Below are positions 35,060-43,950 of a DNA stretch of 43,950 bases, piece by piece (within the stretch, counting starts at the first letter, position 1; each line of letters starts with the position of its first letter). The translations under genes and the position numbers were made by a program. The DNA comes from a virus. Its lineage: Duplodnaviria; Caudoviricetes. The DNA is taken from the IMG/VR virus record IMGVR_UViG_3300032216_000553, positions 1 through 43,950 of that record, one strand, 5' to 3'. The notes under the pieces were generated by a model. That model was not told the origin of the DNA, ran no database searches, and was given only the letters and a program-made list of their open reading frames with translations.

Positions 35060-36611
35060 AGTGGTAGATAAGTCGCCGTTAAGTTTAGTTCTGGAGAAAC
35101 TTCAGGCGCTACCTGTTGATCAGCAGAAGAAACTGATTAGCCGACTGCCAAAAGACGAGCAGCAAACCGTTACAGAGATTCTTGACGAGTTAAACACCCG
35201 CAAATTGCGGGGGAAAGCGTCTGATGATTTCATGGTGTTCGTCAACGAGATGTGGCCTAACTTTATTCATGGTCGGCACCACGAGAAAATGGCCCGTGCG
35301 TTTGAACGGGTAGCGCGGGGCGAGTGTAAAAGGCTCATCATCAACATGCCACCACGGCATACCAAGTCAGAATTTGCCTCATACCTGCTGCCAAGTTGGT
35401 TTTTTGGCAAGTTTCCGGGCAAAAAAATTATTCAGACCTCCCACACTGCCGAATTGGCGGTGGGTTTTGGCCGAAAAGTGCGTAACTTGGTGGATTCACC
35501 CAACTACAAACGTATTTTTCCAGCTTTAGACTTGCAATCTGACTCAAAAGCCGCAGGCCGGTGGAACACAAACTTTGGTGGTGAGTATTTTGCTATTGGT
35601 ATTGGCGGTGCGGTGACGGGTAAAGGTGCCGACATCCTCATCATTGATGACCCACACTCGGAGCAAGAGGCTACTTTGGCCGAAAACAACCCGGAAATCT
35701 ACGACAAGACGTATGAGTGGTACACATCTGGCCCCCGTCAGCGTCTACAGCCGGGCGGTTCTATTGTGGTTGTGATGACAAGGTGGTCTAAACGAGACTT
35801 AACCGCACAAGTATTGAAGTCCGCTGCACAACGTAGTGGTGAAGAGTGGGAAGTGATCGAATTTCCTGCAATTATGCCCAGCGGCCAGCCATTGTGGCCT
35901 GAGTTTTGGAGTTTGTCTGAGTTACAAGCGCTAAAACAAGAGTTGCCTAACGGCAAATGGATGGCGCAGTACATGCAGCAGCCGACATCAGATGTGTCGG
36001 CTATTGTGAAGCGTGAATGGTGGCAGATTTGGGAAGATGACCAGCCACCACCATACGAGTTTGTGATTCAGTCTTGGGATACGGCGTTCCTAAAGTCAGA
36101 ACGTGCCGACTATTCGGCATGCACCACATGGGGTGTGTTCTATAAAGACGATGACCGTGGCATCCCCCGATCTAATGTGATTCTCCTCAATGCGTTTAAA
36201 AAGCGTATGGAGTTCCCCGAGTTGAAGCAGCGGGCAATGGAGGAGTTCAAAGAGTGGGAAGTGGACAGTTTGATTGTTGAAGCCAAGGCGGCGGGTTCCC
36301 CGCTGATATTTGAGCTGCGGTCAATGGGAATCCCCGTGCAGGAGTTCACACCTAGTAAAGGTAACGATAAGATAGCGCGTTTGAATGCAGTGGCTGACAT
36401 ATTTGCATCTGGGCACGTTTGGGTGCCTAATACGCACTGGGCAGAAGAGTTAATTGAAGAGGTCGCCAGTTTTCCTTCGGGTGAGCATGACGACTTGGTG
36501 GACTCCATGACACAAGCACTGCTGCGCTACCGGCGCGGTGGGTTTATTCAGTTGGCGTCCGATGAAGAAGATGACCCACGGCAGTTCCGTAGGAAGCAGC
36601 CGTACTATTAG
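35052..36611 (+). CDS. terL: Terminase large subunit
   Basis: MPPRHTKS, IIDDP, SWDTA and HDDLVD nuclease motifs. Confidence 0.95.
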   Translation: MSEVVDKSPLSLVLEKLQALPVDQQKKLISRLPKDEQQTVTEILDELNTRKLRGKASDDFMVFVNEMWPNFIHGRHHEKMARAFERVARGECKRLIINMPPRHTKSEFASYLLPSWFFGKFPGKKIIQTSHTAELAVGFGRKVRNLVDSPNYKRIFPALDLQSDSKAAGRWNTNFGGEYFAIGIGGAVTGKGADILIIDDPHSEQEATLAENNPEIYDKTYEWYTSGPRQRLQPGGSIVVVMTRWSKRDLTAQVLKSAAQRSGEEWEVIEFPAIMPSGQPLWPEFWSLSELQALKQELPNGKWMAQYMQQPTSDVSAIVKREWWQIWEDDQPPPYEFVIQSWDTAFLKSERADYSACTTWGVFYKDDDRGIPRSNVILLNAFKKRMEFPELKQRAMEEFKEWEVDSLIVEAKAAGSPLIFELRSMGIPVQEFTPSKGNDKIARLNAVADIFASGHVWVPNTHWAEELIEEVASFPSGEHDDLVDSMTQALLRYRRGGFIQLASDEEDDPRQFRRKQPYY

Positions 36612-36620
36612 GGGTGAAAC

Positions 36621-37418
36621 ATGGCTGACAACAGAAAGTACGAGAAATACGACGACACCACAAGAGAATACTTGGCGCGTAATAGATTGCCTTCTCATGA
36701 AAGCAGTGCGCCTGTACGGGTGACTAGCCTGCCAATGCCATATACGTCTGCTGGCATCCCGGGGTTAACTGTTCGAGACATGCCGTTTTTAAGTGACACT
36801 AATTCACTTGGCTTTGTGTTGAACTCCAACGCCCTAAAAAATGAAATGTCCAACAGGACTATGAAGCCTAATATATTTGTTAGGCCCGACGCAGACAACC
36901 ATACGATTGGCCATGAAACCGAACATTTGTTGGCGCGACAAAATCTTGGGTTTTCTCAATCCACCCGCGATAAGTTTGAAGAGTTGTTGAAAGAAAGCGG
37001 TACCAAACCATACTTGGGAACCGCAAGTTTTCTTAATGGGTTGGCGGAGTCTTTACCGTACCTAAAAGAGAAGTACGGTATTTCAGATGGGTACATGGAT
37101 AAAGGGTTTATCAGAAGAGATGGCAGTGTTGGACTGCATGAACTTTTGGCTACATTAGCCGGTGCTGAATCCACGTTGGGTGTTGACCTGACAAAAGACC
37201 CCGAGTTGCGTAAAACAATGTTCAAGGACAAGAGTGTTCGTGAAGCCTACAACGCTGTGACTGGGTTACGCCAAACTCGTTTAGACCCACGTGACATTGC
37301 ACCCTACACTCGTGTAGAAGAACCCGCAGGGCCGGGCATCACAGACAAACTCAAGAGCATGCTTGGGTTTGCAAATGGCGGCATGGTGCCAGACGCTGGC
37401 AATACCAAATTGATTTAA
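36621..37418 (+). CDS. HExxH-containing hypothetical protein inserted between terL and portal
   Basis: IGHETEH motif; C-terminal FANGGMV. Confidence 0.65.
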   Translation: MADNRKYEKYDDTTREYLARNRLPSHESSAPVRVTSLPMPYTSAGIPGLTVRDMPFLSDTNSLGFVLNSNALKNEMSNRTMKPNIFVRPDADNHTIGHETEHLLARQNLGFSQSTRDKFEELLKESGTKPYLGTASFLNGLAESLPYLKEKYGISDGYMDKGFIRRDGSVGLHELLATLAGAESTLGVDLTKDPELRKTMFKDKSVREAYNAVTGLRQTRLDPRDIAPYTRVEEPAGPGITDKLKSMLGFANGGMVPDAGNTKLI

Positions 37419-37427
37419 GGACACATC

Positions 37428-39956
37428 ATGGCAATTGAAAAGTCACTGTATGCCGCCCCGCAAGGGATTGAGGAACTGATGGCGCAAAACGCCGAAGCGC
37501 CCGGTATTGAAATTGAGATCGAAGACCCGGAATCGGTAGACATTAGTGTGGGGGATTTAGACATCCACATGGAGCCGGGTGGGGAAGAAGACGATTTCAA
37601 TGCCAATCTTGCAGAAGAAATGTCCGAACAAGATTTGGAGTCTTTGTCCAGTGAACTTATCAGTGACTTTGGTGATGACATTGCTTCACGTAAAGACTGG
37701 ATGCAGACTTATGTAGATGGTCTTGAGCTGCTCGGAATGAAAATCGAGGAGCGCTCGGAGCCGTGGGAAGGCGCGTGTGGTGTGTATCACCCCATGTTGT
37801 CGGAAGCTCTGGTGAAGTTCCAGAGTGAGACCATGATGTCTACGTTCCCCGCAGCTGGGCCGGTCAAGACAAAAATTATTGGTCGGGAGACTCCGGCTAA
37901 AAAGGCGTCGGCAGTTCGTGTTCAAGATGACATGAACTACAAGCTGACGATTGAGATGAAAGAGTACCGCCCTGAGCATGAGCGCATGTTGTGGGGCTTG
38001 GGTCTGTCGGGTAATGCGTTTAAGAAGGTTTACTTTGACCCTAACTTGGATCGCCAAGTTTCTATTTTTGTACCCGCAGAAGATATTGTGGTGCCTTACG
38101 GCGCAAGTAATTTGGAGTCTGCCGAGCGTGTAACGCATGTGATGCGTAAGACCGAGAACGAGTTGACTAAGTTGCAAGTGGCCGGGTTTTACCGGGACAT
38201 TGACCTTGGCGCTCCTGATAATGTTTTAGACGAAGTAGAAAAGAAAATTGCCGAGAAGCTGGGTTTCCGTGCTACTTCTGATGAGCGTTACAAAGTTTTG
38301 GAAATGCACGTGGACTTAAACCTCAAAGGGTTTGAGCACAAAGAGGGCGGCGAAGCAACCGGCATCATGTTGCCGTATGTTGTTACTTTGGAAAAGGGAT
38401 CAGGCAAAGTTTTGGCTATTCGCCGCAACTGGGAACCTGACGACAAGACATACCAGAAGCGCCAGCATTTTGTGCATTACGGCTATGTACCGGGCTTTGG
38501 CTTCTACTATTTTGGTCTGATTCACCTCATCGGTGCATTTGCCAAATCAGGCACTTCGCTCATCCGTCAACTTGTTGATGCGGGTACTTTAAGTAATTTG
38601 CCCGGTGGCTTTAAGACTCGCGGTATGCGTGTCAAAGGTGACGATACCCCCATCTCTCCCGGCGAATGGCGAGATGTTGATGTGCCTAGCGGTACATTAC
38701 GTGACAACTTGTTGCCGTTGCCATATAAAGAGCCGTCACAAGTTCTTGCTGGGTTAATGGACAAGATTGTTGAAGAAGGTCGCCGTGCGGCTAACTCTAC
38801 TGATCTTGAAATTAGCGATATGTCGGCGCAAGCCCCAGTGGGTACAACACTGGCAATTCTTGAGCGCACATTGAAGAACATGTCGGCTATCCAAGCGCGT
38901 GTTCACTACAGCATGAAGCAGGAACTTGGCTTGCTCAAAGACATCATCGCTGCATACACGCCCGAAGATTACGACTACGAGCCAGAAGAAGGTAGTCGCA
39001 CAGCCAAGCGCAGTGACTACGATGACGTGGACGTGATTCCGGTCAGCGATCCAAATGCGTCCACCATGGCGCAGAAGATTGTGCAGTACCAAGCTGTATT
39101 GCAGTTGGCTCAAGGCGCACCTCAGTTGTACAACTTGCCGTTGCTGCATCGTCAGATGTTGGAGGTGTTGGGTATCAAGGACGCTGAGAAGCTGGTGCCG
39201 ATGGATGATGATATGCAGCCGTCTGACCCAGTAACAGAAAACCAAAACGTGCTGGCTGGTAAGCCCGTCAAAGCGTTCTTGTACCAAGATCACCAAGCGC
39301 ACATCACGGTGCATATGTCGGCAATGCAAGACCCCAAAATTCAAGCATTGCTCCAGAACAACCCAATGGCGCAGCAGATGCAGGCCGCGATGATGGCACA
39401 CATCAACGAGCACTTGGGCTTCGAGTACCGCCGTCAGATCGAGCAGCAGTTAGGTATGCCGTTGCCACCGCAGACAAATGAGTCGGGTGAAGAGCAGCAC
39501 ATGAATCCCGAAGTGGAAGCCCGTCTGTCTCCCATGTTGGCACAAGCTGCACAACGTCTGTTGCAGAGTAATCAACAGCAGGCTGCACAACAGCAAGCCC
39601 AGCAACAAGCGCAAGACCCGCTGGTTCAAATGCAGATGCAAGAGTTGCAGATTAAGCAAGCTGACCAACAACGCAAGGCACAGAAGGATCAGGCTGACAT
39701 TGCCCTCAAACAGGCACAGCAAGAGATCGAACGCCAGCGAATTGCGTCACAACAGGCCACAGACGGTAAACGTATCCAAGTGGACGCTATGAAAGCCGCA
39801 GCAGAAATGCGGCATAACCGCGAACAAGAAATGATGAACTTGGGTGTAGATGTGATTAAACATCTGTCAGACAAACATTCAGAAGCACAGGGGCGTCAAC
39901 AGCAAGAGCGCCAACATATTCGTCAAACATTAAACAAACCAACAAGAGGTGAGTAA
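37428..39956 (+). CDS. Portal protein (P22-like, with Q-rich C-terminal barrel)
   Basis: 842 aa after terL; GNAFKKVYFD motif and Q-rich coiled C-terminus. Confidence 0.85.
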   Translation: MAIEKSLYAAPQGIEELMAQNAEAPGIEIEIEDPESVDISVGDLDIHMEPGGEEDDFNANLAEEMSEQDLESLSSELISDFGDDIASRKDWMQTYVDGLELLGMKIEERSEPWEGACGVYHPMLSEALVKFQSETMMSTFPAAGPVKTKIIGRETPAKKASAVRVQDDMNYKLTIEMKEYRPEHERMLWGLGLSGNAFKKVYFDPNLDRQVSIFVPAEDIVVPYGASNLESAERVTHVMRKTENELTKLQVAGFYRDIDLGAPDNVLDEVEKKIAEKLGFRATSDERYKVLEMHVDLNLKGFEHKEGGEATGIMLPYVVTLEKGSGKVLAIRRNWEPDDKTYQKRQHFVHYGYVPGFGFYYFGLIHLIGAFAKSGTSLIRQLVDAGTLSNLPGGFKTRGMRVKGDDTPISPGEWRDVDVPSGTLRDNLLPLPYKEPSQVLAGLMDKIVEEGRRAANSTDLEISDMSAQAPVGTTLAILERTLKNMSAIQARVHYSMKQELGLLKDIIAAYTPEDYDYEPEEGSRTAKRSDYDDVDVIPVSDPNASTMAQKIVQYQAVLQLAQGAPQLYNLPLLHRQMLEVLGIKDAEKLVPMDDDMQPSDPVTENQNVLAGKPVKAFLYQDHQAHITVHMSAMQDPKIQALLQNNPMAQQMQAAMMAHINEHLGFEYRRQIEQQLGMPLPPQTNESGEEQHMNPEVEARLSPMLAQAAQRLLQSNQQQAAQQQAQQQAQDPLVQMQMQELQIKQADQQRKAQKDQADIALKQAQQEIERQRIASQQATDGKRIQVDAMKAAAEMRHNREQEMMNLGVDVIKHLSDKHSEAQGRQQQERQHIRQTLNKPTRGE

Positions 39957-40147
39957 TGGACAAGAACTTGGAGTACCTTTTGAATGAGTACAAGGAACGC
40001 ATGAGCATGCTTCAAGAAGCTGTTCATCGCGGGAACTGTAAAGATTTTGAGGAGTACAAGTATGTATGCGGCCAACTTCGGGGTCTGGAGGCCGCTTGCT
40101 TAATCATCACAGACCTTGCTAAACGATTGGAGAACGCGGATGACTGA
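39956..40147 (+). CDS. Small head-module hypothetical protein
   Basis: DFEEYKYVCGQLRGL motif; located between portal and GroES-like gene. Confidence 0.7.
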   Translation: MDKNLEYLLNEYKERMSMLQEAVHRGNCKDFEEYKYVCGQLRGLEAACLIITDLAKRLENADD

Positions 40148-40562
40148 ATCCATTTTGTTGGCTACAGACGCCAACAACCCCCAAGTTGTGGGAGCCTACA
40201 ACTTCACTGCCACCGCAGAGGAAAAAGGCAAACAACTACCCCAGCCGTCGGGCTATCGCATTCTTTGCGCCATCCCAGAAGTGGAAAAAGAATATGAAGG
40301 CAGCGGTTTGATTAAAGCAGACGAGACTATCCGCAACGAAGAAACGCTCACAACCGTTTTGTTTGTTGTTGATCTTGGCCCTGACTGCTACAAAGACCCA
40401 AGTAGATTTCCTAGCGGCCCTTGGTGCAAGCAAGGAGATTTTATTTTGGTAAAACCCTACTCAGGTTCACGATTGGTTATTCATGGCCGCGAATTCCGCA
40501 TCATTAATGACGATAGCGTTGAAGGTGTGGTGGATGATCCCCGTGGTATTAAACGTAAATAA
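40140..40562 (+). CDS. groES: GroES-like co-chaperonin
   Basis: PSGYRIL, SGLI, VVDLGP, GDFILV..YSG and IINDDSVEGVV match the Cpn10 pattern. Confidence 0.8.
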   Translation: MTESILLATDANNPQVVGAYNFTATAEEKGKQLPQPSGYRILCAIPEVEKEYEGSGLIKADETIRNEETLTTVLFVVDLGPDCYKDPSRFPSGPWCKQGDFILVKPYSGSRLVIHGREFRIINDDSVEGVVDDPRGIKRK

Positions 40563-40573
40563 AGGAGCACAAA

Positions 40574-41542
40574 ATGCCTTTAGGACAAGACGAATTTAAG
40601 TTTCCTGACGAAATTGAGCAGGAAGATAAGGGTAAACCCTTAGAAGCTAAAAACGATGAGAACGTCGAAATCGAAATTGAAATCGAAGACGATACACCTG
40701 TCGAAGATCGTGGCCGTCAACCGTTGCCAAAACCTTTGGTTGAGGAACTGGAAAAAGACGAGTTAGACAACTACGATGAAACCGTTAAAACCAAACTCAA
40801 GCAGATGCGTAAGGTTTGGCATGACGAGCGTAGGGAAAAAGAGGCCGCTCTTCGTGAACAGCAAGAGGCTATTAGCGTAGCTCAAAGGCTGTTACAAGAA
40901 AACAAACGGATTAAAGAAATTCTTTCCAATGGGGAGAAAGAATACGCTTCAACAGTCCAAAGCGCCGCCGAAATGGAACTTAGTATGGCTAAAAAAGCCT
41001 ACAAAGAAGCCTATGAAGCCGGTGATTCTGACCGAGTATTAGAAGCCCAACAAGCGTTGCAGGAAGCTAACCTTAAGCTCATGCAGGCTAAAAACTTCAA
41101 AATGCCCTCTTTACAAGAGGAAAAATATGAAGTACAACCTACACAACAGTATCAACCGGTACCAAAACCTGACCGTAAAGCTGAAGCGTGGCAAGAACGT
41201 AACACTTGGTTTGGTAAAAATAAAGGTATGACCGCTTATGCCTTGGGTTTACATGAAGAACTCAAGGAGAATGGTGTGGTGGTTGGTTCTGATGAATACT
41301 ACAACGCATTAGACAAAACAATGCGTAAACGATTCCCTGATACCTTTGGTATTGAGGAAGAAGAACAAACTAGCCGTGAACAGCCTCGGACAAAACCCGC
41401 GACTGTTGTGGCCCCGGCAACGCGCAGTACGTCCCCCAACAAGGTCAAACTGAAGCAGAGCCAACTTAACCTAGTCAAAAAACTGGGTATCACTCCTGAG
41501 CAGTATGTGAAGGAGTATTTAAAGGAGGCCCGAAATGGCTGA
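40574..41542 (+). CDS. Putative capsid scaffolding protein
   Basis: Acidic coiled-coil, W..RN.WFG and C-terminal LGITPEQY motifs; upstream of the capsid gene. Confidence 0.7.
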   Translation: MPLGQDEFKFPDEIEQEDKGKPLEAKNDENVEIEIEIEDDTPVEDRGRQPLPKPLVEELEKDELDNYDETVKTKLKQMRKVWHDERREKEAALREQQEAISVAQRLLQENKRIKEILSNGEKEYASTVQSAAEMELSMAKKAYKEAYEAGDSDRVLEAQQALQEANLKLMQAKNFKMPSLQEEKYEVQPTQQYQPVPKPDRKAEAWQERNTWFGKNKGMTAYALGLHEELKENGVVVGSDEYYNALDKTMRKRFPDTFGIEEEEQTSREQPRTKPATVVAPATRSTSPNKVKLKQSQLNLVKKLGITPEQYVKEYLKEARNG

Positions 41543-41984
41543 AAATAGACTCGCAAGAGAACTAGAAACACGTGTGATAGCAGAGCGACCCAAGCAGTGG
41601 TCTAACCCTGAATTGCTACCCGAGCCAGACAAACAGCCCGGTTATGCCTATCGCTGGATTCGTGTCTCAACGCTTAATACGGCTGACCCCCGTAACCTTT
41701 CGTCCAAAATGCGTGAAGGTTGGGAACCCGTGGCGATTGAGGAACAACCCAAATTTAGACTGTTAGCTGATCCAGCGTCCCGTTATAAGGACAATGTTGA
41801 GATCGGCGGATTGTTGCTTTGCAAGACTCCCAAAGAATTTGTGGATCAGCGAAACGAGTTTTTCGCCAAGCAGACACAAGCTCAGACCGAGGCTGTAGAC
41901 AACAATTTGATGCGTCAAAGCGACCCACGGATGCCAATCTTTAAAGAGCGGAAATCCTCAAGTAGCTTTGGTTCTGGCTCTTAA
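41535..41984 (+). CDS. Conserved head-module hypothetical protein
   Basis: PGYAYRWIR, REGWEPV and GGLLLCK motifs. Confidence 0.7.
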   Translation: MAENRLARELETRVIAERPKQWSNPELLPEPDKQPGYAYRWIRVSTLNTADPRNLSSKMREGWEPVAIEEQPKFRLLADPASRYKDNVEIGGLLLCKTPKEFVDQRNEFFAKQTQAQTEAVDNNLMRQSDPRMPIFKERKSSSSFGSGS

Positions 41985-42002
41985 TCCTTAACGGAGTTTA
42001 AT

Positions 42003-42860
42003 ATGGCTTATCCTACTGTATCGGCACCTTATGGTGTGCTGCCACAGAATTTGATTGGTGGCCAAGTTTACGCAGGTTCTACTCGTCAGTATCCTATTGC
42101 GTACAACTACGGCACCAACATTTTCTACGGCGATCTGGTGACTCTGGGAACTACCGGCTCTACCGCTGGTTGCATTATCCCTGCGGCTACTAACACTAGC
42201 TTGACCTCTAAAGGCACCGTTGGTGTCTTCTTGGGTTGTTCTTATACCAACCCCACCACCAAGCAAAAGCTGTTCTCGCAGTACTATCCTGCAAGCACCG
42301 CCGCTGGTGATATTCAGGCCATCGTCGCTGACGATCCTGATACCGTGTTCAAGATGGTGGCAGTGGCTTCGTCCTCTTCCAACGTCATCTCTTCGTTCCC
42401 CTCCGCTATGGTGGGCTTGAACGCTGTGGAGAACACTCCTGTGGGCAACACCACTACTGGCAACTCTGGTGCTGGTTTGGTTGCTGCAAACACCACCACT
42501 GCTGTGGGTTCCGGTGGCGCTTTCCGTATCTTGGGTCTTGTGCCCGATACCCAAATCACCACTTCCGCTACCTTCGTGAGCACCACCACAACCTCGTTTG
42601 TTGTGTCTGGTTTGACCGTTGGTCAAGTGATCCCCGTTGGCACTGACATCTTCCAATTGGTTGGTGGTCAGCTCCAGCAGCTTGGCGTTGGCGCAAACGT
42701 GGCTACTGCCGCTACTGTGTCCACCACTGGTAACACTACGCTGACCATCAGCGCTGCTGTGACCACTACGCCTTCGGCTGGTGCAACGATTGTCTTGGTT
42801 CAGTCTCCAGAAGTTCTGGTGAAGTTGAACTTCGGCGTTCATAACTACTACGCCGCTTAA
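42003..42860 (+). CDS. Putative capsid decoration/cement protein
   Basis: Thr/Gly/Val-rich; IFYGDLV, GVFLGCSYT and DDPD motifs; immediately upstream of the MCP. Confidence 0.6.
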   Translation: MAYPTVSAPYGVLPQNLIGGQVYAGSTRQYPIAYNYGTNIFYGDLVTLGTTGSTAGCIIPAATNTSLTSKGTVGVFLGCSYTNPTTKQKLFSQYYPASTAAGDIQAIVADDPDTVFKMVAVASSSSNVISSFPSAMVGLNAVENTPVGNTTTGNSGAGLVAANTTTAVGSGGAFRILGLVPDTQITTSATFVSTTTTSFVVSGLTVGQVIPVGTDIFQLVGGQLQQLGVGANVATAATVSTTGNTTLTISAAVTTTPSAGATIVLVQSPEVLVKLNFGVHNYYAA

Positions 42861-42870
42861 GGAGTAAATC

Positions 42871-43782
42871 ATGGCTATTTCACGTGCCCAACTACTGAAA
42901 GAGTTGCTCCCCGGTCTGAACGCTTTGTTCGGTCTGGAATACGCCCGTTACGGCGAAGAGCACAAAGAAATCTACGAAACCGAAACCTCGGAGCGTAGTT
43001 TTGAAGAAGAAACCAAGCTGTCTGGTTTCTCTGCTGCACCTGTCAAAAACGAAGGTTCTGCCATTCGTTACGACAATGCACAGGAAGCATGGACTGCACG
43101 CTACAACCACGAAACCATCGCTTTGGGTTTCTCGCTGACCGAAGAGGCCATCGAAGACAACTTGTACGACAGCCTGTCTGCTCGTTACACCAAAGCTCTG
43201 GCCCGTGCTATGGCGTACACCAAGCAGGTGAAAGCCGCTGCCGTTATCAACAACGGCTTCAACAACGGCTACCAAGGTGGTGACGGCGCTCCGCTGTTCA
43301 GCACCAATCACACTCTGGTGTCTGGTGGTTCTAACAGCAACACTCCTTCCGTTGCAGCTGACCTGAACGAGACTTCTTTGGAAGCCGCCGTGATTCAGAT
43401 CGCCGCTTGGACAGACGAGCGTGGCCTGTTGATCGCTGCTAAACCCAAGAAGCTGATCGTTCCTCCAGCATTGATGTTCGTCGCTACCCGCCTGCTCGAA
43501 ACCGAGTTGCGCGTTGGTACTACCGACAACGACATCAATGCTCTGAAGAACAACGGTTCGATCCCCGAGGGTTACACCGTTAACCACTTCTTGACCGACA
43601 GCAACGGCTGGTACCTCACCACCGATGTGCCTAACGGCATGAAGCACTTCGTTCGTACACCCCTGCAAAACAGCATGGACGGTGACTTCGATACTGGTAA
43701 CGTGCGTTACAAGTCTCGTGAGCGTTACAGCTTCGGCTGGTCTGATCCATTGGGCATGTTCGGTTCACCCGGCGCGTCCTGA
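42871..43782 (+). CDS. Major capsid protein
   Basis: MAISRAQLLKELLPGLNALFG, EG..I.YD, KLIVPP and RERYSFGWSD motifs; strongly biased codons; followed by a terminator. Confidence 0.9.
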   Translation: MAISRAQLLKELLPGLNALFGLEYARYGEEHKEIYETETSERSFEEETKLSGFSAAPVKNEGSAIRYDNAQEAWTARYNHETIALGFSLTEEAIEDNLYDSLSARYTKALARAMAYTKQVKAAAVINNGFNNGYQGGDGAPLFSTNHTLVSGGSNSNTPSVAADLNETSLEAAVIQIAAWTDERGLLIAAKPKKLIVPPALMFVATRLLETELRVGTTDNDINALKNNGSIPEGYTVNHFLTDSNGWYLTTDVPNGMKHFVRTPLQNSMDGDFDTGNVRYKSRERYSFGWSDPLGMFGSPGAS

Positions 43783-43790
43783 TGAGAGTG

Positions 43791-43822
43791 GAAAAGGGGG
43801 TCACAAGCCCCCTTTTCTTTTT
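43791..43822 (+). terminator. Rho-independent terminator after the MCP
   Basis: GAAAAGGGGG-TCACAAG-CCCCCTTTTC followed by T-run. Confidence 0.85.
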
Positions 43823-43925
43823 GTTTAATACGTGGTACAAACACACCACCAAGAATTTTTAACAGCTTACTGACTGGCTTGGCAGGCATCCTCAAGGACA
43901 GTAGGCGCAGATTGAGGACTACATC

Positions 43926-43950
43926 ATGGGATTCGCAACTCACCTTGGCC
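43926..43950 (+). CDS. Start of the next structural gene (MGFATHLG...), truncated
   Basis: GAGGA SD, then ATG at 43926; runs off the window. Confidence 0.55.

Noticed and set aside
41988-43668. Long antisense ORFs (294 and 258 aa) opposite the decoration and capsid genes
   Set aside because: Shadow frames produced by strong codon bias on the coding strand; no RBS or protein-like motifs.
1-43950. tRNA, rRNA or IS elements
   Set aside because: No cloverleaf with T-loop/D-loop consensus, rRNA-like segment or transposase was recognised by eye; tRNAscan-SE would be needed to exclude tRNAs formally.

Overview
The window is about 44 kb of a tailed dsDNA bacteriophage genome with podovirus-like architecture; it is not host chromosome. 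The + strand carries virion genes. At 34.4-43.95 kb these are terS, terL, an inserted HExxH protein, portal, a GroES-like protein, scaffold and major capsid. At 1-12.35 kb they are tail and DNA-ejection proteins, including a 2010-aa polyvalent protein. The - strand (34.0 to 12.4 kb) carries early and replication genes: a DUF3150-like protein, MoxR-type AAA+ ATPase, VWA/metallopeptidase, VRR-NUC, family A DNA polymerase, a lone sigma-70 region-4 protein, a Cas4-like exonuclease, HNH nuclease, SNF2 helicase, SSB-like protein and primase-helicase. A largely non-coding control region at about 32.1-34.4 kb separates the two arms. I saw no integrase, tRNA or CRISPR array. The most unusual signals are: (1) a ~70-nt candidate small RNA whose loop is antisense to the ribosome-binding sites of several of the phage's own genes; (2) eight copies of a 15-bp palindrome confined to early intergenic regions; (3) two SD-led small genes overprinted inside the giant ejection protein; (4) a multi-helix pseudoknotted RNA directly after the HNH gene; (5) a shared [YFM]-x-x-G-G peptide motif in virion-associated proteins; (6) a canonical parS core inside the exonuclease gene. 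All product calls come from motif recognition and synteny by eye; no database search was run.
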